Source: Heterodontus francisci (lineage: Eukaryota). Taken from it: a DNA stretch of 64,000 nt. Below, piece by piece: positions 25,450 through 38,203 of the stretch. The stretch is from positions 101,986,595-102,050,594 of the forward strand of contig NC_090382.1 in NCBI RefSeq assembly GCF_036365525.1. The letters are read 5' to 3'. Made by a program: the position numbers and the translations under genes. A model generated the notes under the pieces. The model saw nothing but the letters and a program-made list of their open reading frames with translations. It was not told where the DNA came from and searched no databases. Each line of letters opens with the position of its first letter. Position 1 is the first letter of the stretch.

Positions 25450-27015
25450 CTCACAGAATCACAGAATTGTTACAGCACAGAAGGAGGCCATTCGACCCAT
25501 CGTGTCAGCACTGGTTCTCCGAATGAGCAATTCATTAGTGTCATACCCTGACCTCCTCCATGTAACCCTGCACATTCCTCCTTTTCATAGAACTGTCTAA
25601 TTCCCTTTTGAATGCTTCAATTGAACCTGCCTCCATCACATTCTCCGGCAGCACATTCCAGACCTTAAACACTTGTTGCATGAAAAACATTTTCCTCATG
25701 TCGCTTTTGCTTCTTTTACCTATTACTTTAAATCTGTGCCCTCTCGTTCTCAATCATTCCACAAGTGGGAATACTTTCTCCATATCTATTCTGTCCAGAC
25801 CCCTCATGATCTTGAATACCTCTATCTCAGCCTTCATTAGTCGAAGAGAAACAGTCCTAATTTCTCTAATGTACATAATTGAAGTTCCTCATCACTGGAA
25901 CCATTCTCGTGAATCTTTTCTGTACTCTATCCATGCTTTCACATCTTTCCGAAAGTGTGGCACACATAACTGGATGCAATACTGCAGCTGAGGCCACATT
26001 CATGTCTTATACAAGTTCAACATAACTTCCTTGCTCTTGAACTCTTTGCCCCATTAATAAATCCCAGGATACTGTATGCTTTATTAACTGAGCTCTCAAC
26101 CTTCAATAACTTATGTACATATACACCCAGGTCCCTCTGCTCCTGCACCCCTTTTAGAATCACACCCTTTATTTTATATTGTCTATCTTTTTCCTACCAA
26201 AATGAATCACTTCACATTTCTCTGCATTGAACTTCATCTGCCACCTGGCCGCCCATTCCACAAACTTGTCTATATCCTTTTGAAGTTCTACACTATCCTC
26301 CTCACAGTTCACAATGCTTCCAAGTTTTGTATCAACCGCAAACTTTGAAATTGTGCCCTGTATATCAAGGTCTAGATTATTAATATATAACAGGAAAAGC
26401 AAGAGTCCCAACACTGACCCCTGGAGAACTCCACTGCAAGCCTTCCTCCAGCCTGAAAAATATACGTTAATCACTACCCTTCTTAAACAAAGGAACAACA
26501 TTGGCTATTCTCCAGTCCTCTGGGACCTCACCTGTAGCCAATGAGGATGCAATGATTTCTGTCAAGGCCCCAGCAATTTCTTCCCTTGCCTCCCTCAGTA
26601 TTCTGGGGTAGATCCCATCAGGCCCTGGGAACTTATCTAACTTAATGCTTTGCAAGACACCCAACACCTCCTCCTTTTTGATCATGAGATGACTGAGACT
26701 ATCTACACTCCCTTCCCTCTGCTCATCATCCACCAAGTCCTTCTCTTTGGAGAATACTGATGCAAAGTACTCATTTAGTACCTCACCCATTTCCTCTGGC
26801 TCCCCACATAGATTCCCTTCTCTGTCCTTGAGTGGGCCAACCCTTTCGCTGGTTACCCTCTTGCTCTTTATATACGTATAAAAAGCCTTGGGATTTTCCT
26901 TAATCCTGTTTGCCAATGACTTCTCATAACCCCTTTTAGCCCTCCTGACTCCTTGCTTAAGTTCCTTCCTACTGTCTTTATATTCCTCAAGGGATTCGTC
27001 TGTTACCTAGCCTTC
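25450..27015 (-). mobile_element. CR1 fragments (two pieces joined at ~26480)
   Basis: ORFs 26467-26916, 26169-26501 and 25541-25753; (cacagaat)n tail. Confidence 0.8.
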
Positions 27016-29638
27016 CAGCCCTTAGTACACAAGATTTAGTTTATGAATAAATAGTTAATTTGTTGTTGTTGAAAGATACCTGGTTTGGTGTATTTGATTC
27101 TGAGGGTTAATAAAGTGTTTAATTTGGCTGTTTTCTGGTCGGTGAGAAAACTTTAATAATATGCTGTGACCTGTGGAGTGATGGGACTGAATTGACAGTG
27201 CATTGCTCCTGCCTTGGTCATAACAAAACGATGACAATCTAATATTGAAGGAACAATCCCAATCTCAGTCTAGCTCATTACTCACTATTAAATCCAGTAT
27301 AGCCTGGCATCTTGTTGGTTCTAGAACATATTGCTGCAAAAAACGATACAAATGCATATAAGAAATTCACTCCCTTTCTAACTTGAACTACTCTGCTCTT
27401 AACAACTTATATGAAAATTAAAGTCTCCAATTAAAGCAGCTCTGCTTTGGCTACAAACCCCTCTGATTTAATATAATCTGCTACTAAATGACCGCGATCA
27501 GGAGATGTGTGGACAGTGCTCATTACAGTTTTAACTCATCTTTTATTGCTCAATTCAAAACAGAGAATAACCGCTGATTGTTTTCGCTTAACTATAACCT
27601 ATCCTACTAATATTGCAATAGTATCTTTCATCAGTAAGCCTCCCCCACCTCCTCTTCCAGTTTCCCTGTCTTTTCTAGAGATGGATATTGCACAATGAAG
27701 TTATAAGAAATGATTTACAATGTAATCGGACGTTGCAGGTTTTATTTTCAAACAGTCTGTGTGATAATGAAAGTGCAACTGGTTAAAAACAATAACTTCT
27801 GCACAGAAACAGGAAGGATCAAAAACACATTGAATGTTCCCTTGTGGTTATGTCAAAGTCTAGTAAGTGACAGATGGAGGTATTTTCACTGGAGAAGATT
27901 GAGGGGGACACGTGGCATAACCCAAGTCTTTAAAATGATGGGAGTGACGGACAATTTAGGTGTGAGCAGATAGTTTAACTTGAATTATGAATATAAAACT
28001 AGAGGATCTGGGTAAAAATATGAAACCTGAGATGAAAAAGAACTTTATTTCCCTGCAGAATGCAGGTGGTGTGGAGGAAATTCCCAGAAAATACATAATT
28101 AAAAAGGATCCTTTTTAACGTTCTTCTCAGGATGGGGGCAACACTGACCCCTGAGGTGGTGATGGTCCGTCCCCCTCCCAATTACCTTCCCTTCTCACAG
28201 AGACTGATATTTAGCCACTCATCTCCCACAGACTCTCCTCAGTTTGGAACAGACAATGGATGAGAAGGGACTCTCAGAACTTGGATTAAGAGATGTCAAC
28301 TCAGCAACTAGATTGTAATGAGTTCTGTTCATGTTATCTTATGCAACATAAATGAGATGAGTGGAATCCAGTTGGTTGAATATCTCAAAAAGGTTAATTA
28401 CAGCTAAACTATTACACAGTACAGAACTTTTTACAAAACCTTACTGTGGGTGTTACAGTTGCAGAGTGAATCTGGCTTGTAGTTACATGACTACATCCTG
28501 CTACTTGGCTCATTAGCATACTAATATCTTAAAGGGACATCACTCTTAAAGGCAATCATGCAACACAGATCACATGTCACTTCGGCTGAGGGAATCTCTC
28601 TTGATCTCATTTCCATTCACTGTTATACCTCTCTAAATATTGATGAACTATTTGTGATCCCGAAAGTAGGGAGTGGATCCAGGTTTATAATAAAGAGGAG
28701 CAGATCACAGGTCTGAAAGTTTCACACAGAACAATATCAGGATTTTGCTCGGCCATCTTGTCATGTAGAAGGTTCTGAAGAAGAGTCATTTTCAACTCGA
28801 AACGTCAACTCTGTTTCTCTCTCCACAGATGCTGCCAGACCTGCTGAGTATTTCCAACACTTACTGTTTTAATGTCAGATTTCCAGTATTTGCTTTTCTT
28901 GTCATGTACAGAACTGGAGCTGTGCTGGATTCAAAGGGGTTTATCATCTACACAGATCCATTACCTTGGATGCATTCCAATGAATGTTTAACAGAGTGGA
29001 TTCAAAAGGAATGGGAAATGTACTCACCCCATTATTGCAACATGGTTAAAGAGAAATAAAAATAGAAAATGCTAGAAAACACTCAGCAGATCAGGCAGCA
29101 TCTGTGGAGAGGGAAATATATTTAATGTTTCAGGTTGATGACCTTTAATCAGAACTGGAAGATGTTCAAGATTTAACAGATTTTAAGCAAGTATAGAGCC
29201 AGGGAAAAGGGGGCAGGAAAGAACAAAGGGGAAGGTCTGTGATCGGGCGGAGGGCAGGAGTGATTCAATGAGAAAAGGAAATACTTTCCCATTCCATTCT
29301 GAATCAATCTCTTTATCACAATCGATCAGTACAATCAGCAAACACTTGATTATCAGCGTTTTTAAATGATTGTTAAGGATAAATTAATAAAACATTCCCA
29401 AAGCTGTGATCATTCCCATTGAATTTGCATATTGTCTTTTCTACAACTTTTATTATGATGAGTATTTTGCTGTTAATCTTGTAGTCGTGTTCTGCTGCAA
29501 ACCATTCCCTGTATGAGAGCATGGAGACAACCTTCTCCTGAGATTCCACTATCTCGTTGTGTGAACAGGTGCTGGGAGGTGAATGGGTGATACCCATATT
29601 TACTGAGCCGAGTTTCATTCCTGCTCATTTATCGCAGC

Positions 29639-29657
29639 TCAGCTCCATTCAGCTCCT
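29639..29657 (-). CDS. Candidate terminal coding exon (RGAEWS*)
   Basis: Acceptor ctctctctgcag|A, in-frame TGA at 29641-29639, and a minus-strand AATAAA near 29450. Confidence 0.35.
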
Positions 29658-30308
29658 CTGCAGAGAGAGTCCAGCTGACTGGGACCACACAGTTACAAAT
29701 CCACATCCCAACATTACAAACAACACACAGGCTGCCTCACTATGTCACCGCCAACCCCTACAGTTATAAAACTGTGAGCCCAGAGTGCAGCCTCACCAAC
29801 CACGAGTGGAGATCAGGAATTCAGCCCAACGTCTGCATGCATTTCCATCCATTGCAATTTCATAGTGACCTGGAAAGTTAGCACTTGTAAAGTAAAATAA
29901 CAGATACTGAAACTGGGAATTATTGAAACACACTTTGGGAGATAAACTAATCCAGCTCAATAAAAATATTACCAGAAAATAAATGCAGAATAAAACCACC
30001 TAAAGTTTCTAAGTTGGATTGATCTAGTTTCCAGAGACTGCAGATCTCCATGGTCACAGACATGATGGGCTGAATGGCCTCTTTCTGTGCTGTAAATGCT
30101 GTGTAATTCTATATAAATATCCTGAACAATATAGATTACCTCACATCCTTCATGTAAATTCAATCTTTCCACTAGTTACCACATTTCTGTGCCTCTTACC
30201 CTGTTAGTTCCCATTCTATATCTCCTCATTTCACCCAAAAGCACACAATCTTGAAACACTCCTTCCTCGAACACAATCTGGACAGGGTTCCCCGAAAGAG
30301 AAACTTAC

Positions 30309-30358
30309 CTTTTGAATTGACCGAGATTTGACCATGAGTAAATTAGGTAAACACAAAC
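30309..30358 (-). CDS. Candidate cytoplasmic exon (VCVYLIYSWSNLGQFK+)
   Basis: Acceptor cttcctctgtaacag|G, donor AAAAG|GTAAGT, 50 nt, open in phase 0 after the TM exon. Confidence 0.5.
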
Positions 30359-30971
30359 CTGTTACAGAGGAAGTAGTTTCCAAAGGGACACATTAATTTC
30401 TGAGCCCAACTCTATTCTAGCTCTCTACTGCCACCAGGTGACCTCAATAAGAATAACAGCATCAAAAAATATACTCAAATTGTCACAAATTATAGTGCGA
30501 TTTTCAGTTCATCGTAATTCTTAAAGGTCATGCGTTCACTGTTAAAATATTATGTGATCTCAAACTGTAGTTTAAACTTTCATTTAAATATTGAACATTG
30601 CACTTAATTTAAATGAATCATCAATTGGTGCATTTAAATAAATCTGTTGCTCCTCAGTGGATGAAATCTTAGAGCTTTGAATGTTTTTCCTGCTTTCAAT
30701 ATCAGAAACTCCCACTTCCCATCAGGCTCAAGGAAGAAACCAGGGAAAACTTTGAGCATCATATGTCTTTATCAATGAATGGAAAATGCTCAAACGAGGA
30801 ACTCAACCTTTTTATACTTTTTATTCACTATCACAAATATTCCTCTTGGAAATTATTGTCTTGAAAATTGTCAGAAAGCAATATCTGTTCAAGGAACATC
30901 AGTTTTCTCAGTGTCAAGTGACAGTTCAGCACTAATTGCTGATTTGCTGAAAAGTTTAAAGAAATTCTTAC

Positions 30972-31081
30972 TCTGTTCATCCTCTTCAAGCAGCAAATTA
31001 GTCCAATAGCAAGGCCCAGTTTAACAAACAAGTAACCAGAAACTGTGATGATCCAAATGTCTGGAAGTGGTCTCACTCTCA
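30972..31081 (-). CDS. Transmembrane exon with an intramembrane Lys (RVRPLPDIWIITVSGYLFVKLGLAIGLICCLKRMNR), probably of copy B
   Basis: Acceptor tttatcctgcacag|TG (phase 1), donor AGA|GTAAGA (phase 0). A ~23-aa hydrophobic stretch is followed by CC and a basic stop-transfer segment. Confidence 0.75.
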
Positions 31082-31199
31082 CTGTGCAGGATAAAGTTCA
31101 GATTTACAGTTTCACTCACCATCTTGTTTGATATTGAAAATCTCCTGCCAGTAATTCATGAAAAGATGTGGAAAGTGAAAATATTCTGCTTTAGACTCG

Positions 31200-31937
31200 A
31201 GGACCGGAATTTTACGCCACCCCAGCGAGCCGGAGGGGTGGCATAAAATGGAGCGGGAGGCTCCGGGAGGCATTCCGGACCCACTTCCGCCTCCGGCAAT
31301 TTACATAGAGAATGAGGGGGAGGGATGAAAACAGGCCGCCTGCCCCAGGCCAATCAAGGCCCTTAAGTTGCCAATTAATGGCCACTTAAGGTCCTTCGTC
31401 CGCCTCCATGGGGATTTCAGCCATGGCAACCGGGCATCTTGCAGCCGGGAAAGGCTGCTTGGTGAGAGCTGTCGACCTCCCGGTGTCCTGGGCGGGGTCC
31501 CTGACAATCAGGCACAGAGTACCCGATTGAGGGGCCGCCCCTACTTCCCCAACCACTGCCAGGGCCCAAGACGCACCTCCCCCTTCCCCCCAAACGACCA
31601 TCTTTGCCTCTCCAGGGCCCGACCGATCACCCCCAGCGAGGCAACCCAAACTTAACTGCAGTCCTGGCTCCATGTACTCAGCCGGGCTGCAGTCCCAGCA
31701 GTGGCCACCACTCCCAGTAGTGCTGCTGGGACTAGGAGCTACCAGCCCGACGATTGGCCGGCAGCTCAATGAGGTGGGACTTCCTCCCGCAAGTAGGTGG
31801 AAGTCCCGCCTAGGAACAATTAATGCCCGGAGGCCTGTAAAATGCGGGACGGATTCCCGGGCTTGGCGGAAGCGGGTTTTCCACCAACTTTTACGTCGGT
31901 GGCCAGCTCCCATCCGCCTGACATAAAATCCAGCCCC
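31200..31937. mobile_element. GC-rich non-autonomous DNA transposon (MITE, Harbinger-like TIRs)
   Basis: Imperfect terminal inverted repeats ggaccggaattttacgcc and gacataaaatccagccc; CpG-rich island in AT-rich intronic DNA. Confidence 0.6.
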
Positions 31938-32443
31938 GGGAGTCAGATTGTCAAATATTTGTGTCAGCACTAAGTTCACGCACTGTTTTTGTGTCACAGT
32001 TCATAAGTCTGCATTTGACTATTTGTATCTGATTCTACTGGGTTCTAATGGTTCAGAATTAAAGTGAGCTGCTCTGAGTGAATGGCAAAAGAAGAAAGAT
32101 TTGCATTTATATCGCACTTTTCACAATCACCTGACACCTCAACTGTTTTACAGCCAATCAAGTATAGTCACTGTTGTCATGTAAGAAATGCTGCAGCCAA
32201 TTTGCACACAGCAAACTCCCCCAAACAGCAATGTGATAATGAGCAGATGATCTGTTTTTGTGCTGTTGATTGAGGGATAAATATTGGCCAGGCCACCAGA
32301 GATAACTCCCCTGCTCTTCTTTGAAATAGTGTCATGCAATCTTTTTCATCCACCTAAACAGACAGTTGGGGCTCTCAGTTTAATGTCTCATCCGACACTG
32401 ACACTGAAAATCAAGTGAATAAACATAAAGTAAGGTCACTCAC

Positions 32444-32619
32444 TCTCGACACTGAATGTAAATGTGTTGTTTTGTCCAGAATGACAGAATAAAGTTTCAC
32501 ACCTGAGATTCCCAGGTGCTGAGTTCCCAATCTGGGCTGTGCTGTCCGGGGAGACATTAACCATCAAGGTGTGAGACAGCCACAGGTCTGTAACTGGCAT
32601 TCTCTGTAACTGGCATTCA
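32444..32619 (-). pseudogene. Possible degenerate membrane-proximal exon (...GNLRCETLFCHSGQNNTFTFSVE)
   Basis: Strong phase-1 donor GAG A|GTGAGT and acceptor gtattttttag. The 176-nt length does not fit phase 1-1, and the exon carries a 16-bp tandem duplication (GAATGCCAGTTACAGA x2). Confidence 0.4.
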
Positions 32620-32892
32620 CTAAAAAATACACCCGTTTTGAGAAGATGCAATGAGAAGCCAGGGTACCAAGAGAGGAAAAATGAAAGGAGGCATGATGAT
32701 AGAAGAAAGGGGTCAAGGAGGGATAAAGAGAAAAGAAATGTAATTAAAAAAGGAGGAGAAAATATATTCAGCAATATATTCTATCTTTTTCAACCACATA
32801 TATTTTTTGCTTTCCACCGGTATCTATTCTGTTTATGTAACCAGAGTAGAGACAAGTTCCAAAACTTTAGGTGGACTTTTACCCTCTATTGA

Positions 32893-33235
32893 GGGCGGCA
32901 CAGTGGTGCAGTGGTTAGCACCGCAGCCTCACAGCTCCAGCGACCTGCGTTCAATTCTGGGCACTGCCTGTGCAGAGTTTGCAAGTTCTCCCTGTGACCG
33001 TGTGGGTTTTCGCCGGGTGCTCCGGTTTCTTCCCACAGCCAAAGACTTGCAGGTTGATATATAAATTGGCCATTATAAATTGCCCTAGTGTAGGTAGGTG
33101 GTAGGAGAATGGTGGGGATGTAGCAGGGAATATGGGATTACTGTAGGATTAGTATAAATGGGTGGTTGTTGGTCAGCACAGACTCGGTGGGCCGAAGGGC
33201 CTGTTTCAGTGCTGTATCAATAAATAAATAAAAAA
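32893..33235 (+). mobile_element. HE1-like SINE
   Basis: Full-length match to 2283-2615 with an (aata)n tail. Confidence 0.85.
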
Positions 33236-34084
33236 TGTTGTGGAGCACATTCTGGACAATTTCAACCTATCGCCCTGTGACCAACTACCCTGAACACTCC
33301 CGAGTCAGGATGGAACACTGCAACCTCCCCTCCTCCACCTCATACCACATCTTCATACCTGCTTTCCCAAAGCCTCCAGTGTGATCTTTGATAACAATTG
33401 CAAAGTGGGCATGGATGATTTTGTCCAAAATCACGGCAGCCTCTGCCTCTTTGGCTCCCTCCTCTCCCCCATGTTACAAACTGCTTTGTGAGCTTATGGG
33501 TAGATGAGGAAGACATTTGTTGATCTCCAAAGGATTACTAAGGTAAGTGTGTTCACACTTTGCCTTCATTTACAATCTTAACCTTCGAATGTGGATGATC
33601 AGCCTTCACTGCAAACTTGATGGAGCATCAAGGTGGGAAAATCAGACAACTTTTCACACACTTTCCAAATGCATATTAACATTGTAAAATCTAGCAGACT
33701 GTCAGCACAAGATATTCTGTAGACTGCTTGTTCACACATTCATGGAAGCAGGATGCTTGGCTTGGCTCTAGAGTAATATTGTCTCTGCTTCTCCCAATTC
33801 TAACTGATGTGGCTTTTATAACTGCTTACAGGAGGCTGCACGTGCGAACAGATTTGTATCTGAAGGGGACCTCCCAACCACTGCTCACTGACTCTGAGTA
33901 AATTCAGCAATTCCGTGCTTCCAGTAACAACATAATGGGAAGAAGGAAAATCATTTGATCTGAAGCCCCGTGAACATTTTTATCCTTCCCATGATCTGCC
34001 TGTGGATTTCCCAAGTGAGCTAATTTACAGATATTATAATGAGTGCTCATGGCTGTGCAGCCTCGCGTTCCCTGCTTTTGTAAA

Positions 34085-34475
34085 ACAAGAAAGATTTGCA
34101 TTTATACAGCGCCTTTCATGACCATTGGATGTCTCAATGCACTTTACAGTCAACAAAGCACAAATGAAGTTTAGTCCCTGTTGTATTGTGGGAAACATGG
34201 CAGCCAATTTGCGCACAGCAAGCTCCCACAGATGACAATGTGATAATGACCAGATGATCTGTTTTTGTGATGTTGATTGTTTGATAAATACTGGCCGGAA
34301 TACTGTGGATAGCCCACTTGCTCTTCTTGGAAATAGTGCTATGGGATCTTTTACGTCCACCTGAGAGGGCAGACTGGGCCTTGGTTTGACATCTCATCTG
34401 AAAGACAGCGCCTCTGACAGTGCAGCTCTCCCTCAGTATTGGACTGGGGTGTCAGCCTTGATTTTTGTGCTCAAG
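34085..34475 (-). mobile_element. Deu-domain SINE (SacSINE1/AmnSINE1-like); second copy at 32095-32400
   Basis: Recognisable Deu core gatgagatgtcaaaccaaggcccagtctgccctctcaggtggacgtaaaagatcccatagcactattt. Confidence 0.7.
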
Positions 34476-34944
34476 TTGTCGTGTGTGTTACACTCACAAC
34501 GCACGAGCCTTCAGTTAGAATGAGAGTTATGAGGTACAGATGTTTCTGTTGGGTTGTTGGGTTTGTATTAGTCATGATGTAGAGCATTCTAGAGAAAGTC
34601 TTAGACTCAGGTAAAGGTTTGCTGACAATTCTTTTGTTATTTACAGTTACTATATATATTCACCATAAGCCACATAAAACAACATCTTTGGTGCTGCTAA
34701 ACCTTCTTCTTCTCAAGCTTATCTCCTGTGACTGTTACATCATCACTCGTACAGTGGGAGGGATCTCTCTCACTGTCTTTGGTATTAATCCTTTACATCC
34801 TTACACTACAGTTTCCAGGATCAGCTGAGGCAGACAGAGAGGATTCTCTGAGCCTGAAGAAAGAAGACTTTCAAATCCAATGCTTGCAGCTGGCACTTAT
34901 TTTTGGTGTGTTTATTTTGGGCATTTTGTCTTGGAATTCTGATT

Positions 34945-37900
34945 TTCTTTTTATTTCTTCATGTGATGTGTGCATCGCTGGCTAGACCAGCATTCATTGA
35001 CCATCCCTAATTGCCCTTGAGAAGGTGGTGCTGATCTGCCTTTTTGAACTGCTGCAGTCCTTGTAGTTACACCAACAGTGCTGTTAAGAAGGGAGTTCAG
35101 GATTTTGACCCAGCGATAGTGAAGAATGGAGATATAGTTCCAAGTCAGAATGGTGTGTGACTTGGAGGGGAACTTGCAGGTGGTGGTGCTCCCATGCATT
35201 TGCTGCCCTTGTCCTTCTAGTTGGTCCAGGTCGCGGGTTTGGAAGGTGCTGTCCAAGGAGCCTTAGTGCATTGCTGCAGTGCATCTTGTAGATGGTGCAC
35301 ACTGATGCCAATGTGTGTCGGTGGTGGAGGGAGTGAATGTTTGTATATGGGGTGCCAATCAAGCGGGCTGCTTTGTCCTGGATGGTGTCGAGCTTCTTGA
35401 GTATTGTTGGAGCTGCACCCATCTAGGCAAGTGGAGAGTATTCCATCACACTGTTGACTTGTGCCTTGTAGATGGTGGACAGGCTTTGGGGAGTCAGGAG
35501 GTGAGTTACTCGCCTCAGGATTCCTAGCCTCTGACCTGCTCTTGTAGCCACGGTATTTAAATGGCTACTCCAGTTCAGTTTCGGGTCAATGGTAGCCCCT
35601 AGGATGTTGATAGTGGGGGATTCAGCGATGGTAATGCTGTTGAATGTCAAGGGGAGATGGTTAGATTCTCTCTTGTTGGAGATGGTCATTGCCTGGCACT
35701 TGTGTGGCGTGAATGTTACTTGCCAATTATCAGCCCAAGCCTGGATATTATCCAGGTCTTGCCGCATTTCTACACGGACTGCTTCAGTATCTGAGGAGTC
35801 ACGAATGGTGCTGAACATTGTGCCATCATCAGCGAACATCCCCACTTCTGACTTTATGATTGAAGGTCGGTCATTGATGAAGCAGCTGAAGATAGTTGGG
35901 CCCAGGACACTACCCTGAGGAACTCCTGCAGTGATGTCCTGGAGCTCAGATGATTGACCTCCAACAACCACAACCATCTTCCTTTGCGCTAGGTATGACT
36001 CCGGTCAGCAGAGGGTTTTCCCCCTGATTCCCATTGATCTCAGTTTTGCTAGGGCTCCTTGATGCCATACTCGGTCAAATGCTGCCTTAATGTCAAGGGC
36101 AGTCACTCTCACCTCATCTCTTGAGTTCAGCTTTTTTGTCCATGTTTGAACCAAGGCTGTAATGAGGTCAGGAGCTGAGTGGCCCTGGTGGAACCCAAAC
36201 TGAGCGTCACTGAGCAGGTTATTGCTAAGCACTGCTGGCACTGTTGGTGACACCTTCCATCACTTTACTGATGATTGAGAGTAGGCTGATAGGGCGGTAA
36301 TTGACCGGGTTGGACTTGTCCTGCTTTTTGTGTACAGGGCATACCTGGGCAATTTTCCACATTGCAGGGTAGATGCCAGTGTTGTAGCTGTACTAGAACA
36401 GCTTGGCTAGGGGCGCGGCAAGTTCTGGAGCGCAGGTCTTCAGGACTATTGCCAGAATATTGTCAGGGCCCATAGATTTTGCAGTATCCAGTGCCTTTAG
36501 TCGTTCCTTGATAGCACGCGGGGTGAATAGAATTGGCTGAAGTCTGGCATCTGTGATGCTGGGGACTTCAGGAGGAGGCCGAGATGGATCATCAATTCGG
36601 CACTTCTGGCTGAAGATTGTTGCAAATGCTTCAGCCTAATCTTTTGCACTGATGTGCGGGGCTCCCCCATCATCGAGGATGGGGTTATTTGTGGAGCCAC
36701 CTCCTCCAGTTAGTTGTTTAATTGTGCACCACCATTCACGACTGGATGTGGCAGGACTGCAGAGCTTAGATCTGATCCGTTGGTTATGGGATCGCTTAGC
36801 TCTGTCTATCGCATGCTGCTTACGCAGTTTGTCACGCAGATTGTCCTGTGTTGTAGCTTCACCAGGTTGACACCTCATTTTGAGGTATGCCTGGTGCTGC
36901 TTCTGGCATGCCCTCCTGCACTCTTCATTGAACCAGGGTGGGTCTCCTGGCTTGATGGTAATGGTAGAGTGGGGGATATGCCGGGCCATGAGGTTACAGA
37001 TTGTGGTTGAGTACAATTCTGCTGCTGCTGATGGCCCACTGCGCCTCATGGATGCCCAGTTTTGCATTGATAGATCTGTTCGAAATCTATCCCATTTAGC
37101 ACGGTGATAGTGCCACACAACACGATGGACGGTATCCTCAATCTGAAGGCGGGACTTCTTCTCCACAACGACTGTGCGGTGGTTACTCCTACCAATACAG
37201 TCATGGACAGAAACATCTGCGGCAGGCAGATTGGTGAGGACGAGGTCAGGTATGTTCTTCCCTCGTGTTGGTTCCCTCACCACCTGCTGCAGACCCAGTC
37301 TAGCAGCTATGTCCTTTAGGACTCTGCCAGCTCGGTCAGTAGCGGTGCTACCGAGCCATTCTTTGTGATGGACATTGAAGTCCCCCACCCAGAGTACATT
37401 TTGTGCCCTTGCCACCCTCTATGCTTCCTCCAAGTGGTGTTCAACATGGAGGAGTACTGAGACATCTGCTGAGGGAGGGCGGTAGGTGGTAATCAGTCGG
37501 AGGTTACCTTGCCCATGTTTGACCTGATGCCATGAGACTTCATGGGGTCCGGAGTCGATGTTGAGGACTCCCAGGGCAACTCCCTCCCTTCTGTATACCA
37601 CCGTGCTACCACCTCTGGTGGGTCTGTCCTGCTGGTGGGGCAGGACATACCCGGGGATGGTGATGGCAGCGTCTGGGACATTGTCAGGTATGATTCTGTG
37701 AGTATGACTATGTCAGGCTGTTGCTTGACTAGTCTGTGGAACAGCTCTCCCAACTTTGGCACAAGCCCCCAGATGTTATTAAGGAGGACTTTGCAGGGTC
37801 GACAGGGCTGGGTTTGCCATTGTCGTTTCTGGTGCCTAGGTCGATGCCGGGTGGCCTGTCCGGTTTCATTGTTTTTTATTGACTTAGTAGCGGTTAGGTG

Positions 37901-38203
37901 CAACTGAGTGGCTTGCTAGGCCATTTCAGAGGGCATGTAAGAGTCAACCACATTGCTGTGGGTCTGGAGTCACATGTAGGCCAGACCAGGTAAGGACAGC
38001 AGATTTCCTTCCCTAAAGGACATTAGCGAACCAGATGGGTTTTTACAACAATTGACAATGGTTTCATGGCCATCATTAGACTAGATTTAATTCCAGATTT
38101 ATTAATTAAATTCAAATTCCACCTTCTGCTGTGGTGGGATTCGAACCCATGTCCCCAGAGAAATACCCTGGGTCCAGTGATAATACCACTACGCCACTCC
38201 CTA
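34945..38203 (-). mobile_element. Near-full-length ORF1-less LINE (CR1/L2 super-group, here 'family B') with a tRNA-like Pol III head
   Basis: Box A TGGCGTAGTGG at 38196-38186 and box B GGTTCGAATCC at 38147-38137. APE motifs: NIWGL, ILTES, YRPP, VGDFN, DLVLTN. RT motifs: QFGF, LDIKAAFD, GVPQGSVLGP, FADD. The ORF is broken by several stops and frameshifts; the 3' end is A-rich. Confidence 0.9.

Larger units (their letters stand above)
1..26300 (+). repeat. Segmental duplication copy A
   Basis: Collinear matches: 1-480 with 38360-38826; 3845-8190 with 39265-43410; 12612-20690 with 43410-55780; 25005-25095 with 55785-55875; 25250-26290 with 62690-63740. Confidence 0.95.

Noticed and set aside
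30428-30445. CTCF-like motifs (also ~25072-25092 and ~55852-55872)
   Set aside because: Partial matches only; not supportable without scoring or ChIP data.
31386-31997. 203-aa GC-rich ORF
   Set aside because: Lies in a TIR-bounded MITE; no domain signature or splice context.
38125-38203. tRNA gene
   Set aside because: A/B boxes only; no complete cloverleaf or terminator, and contiguous with the retroelement body.
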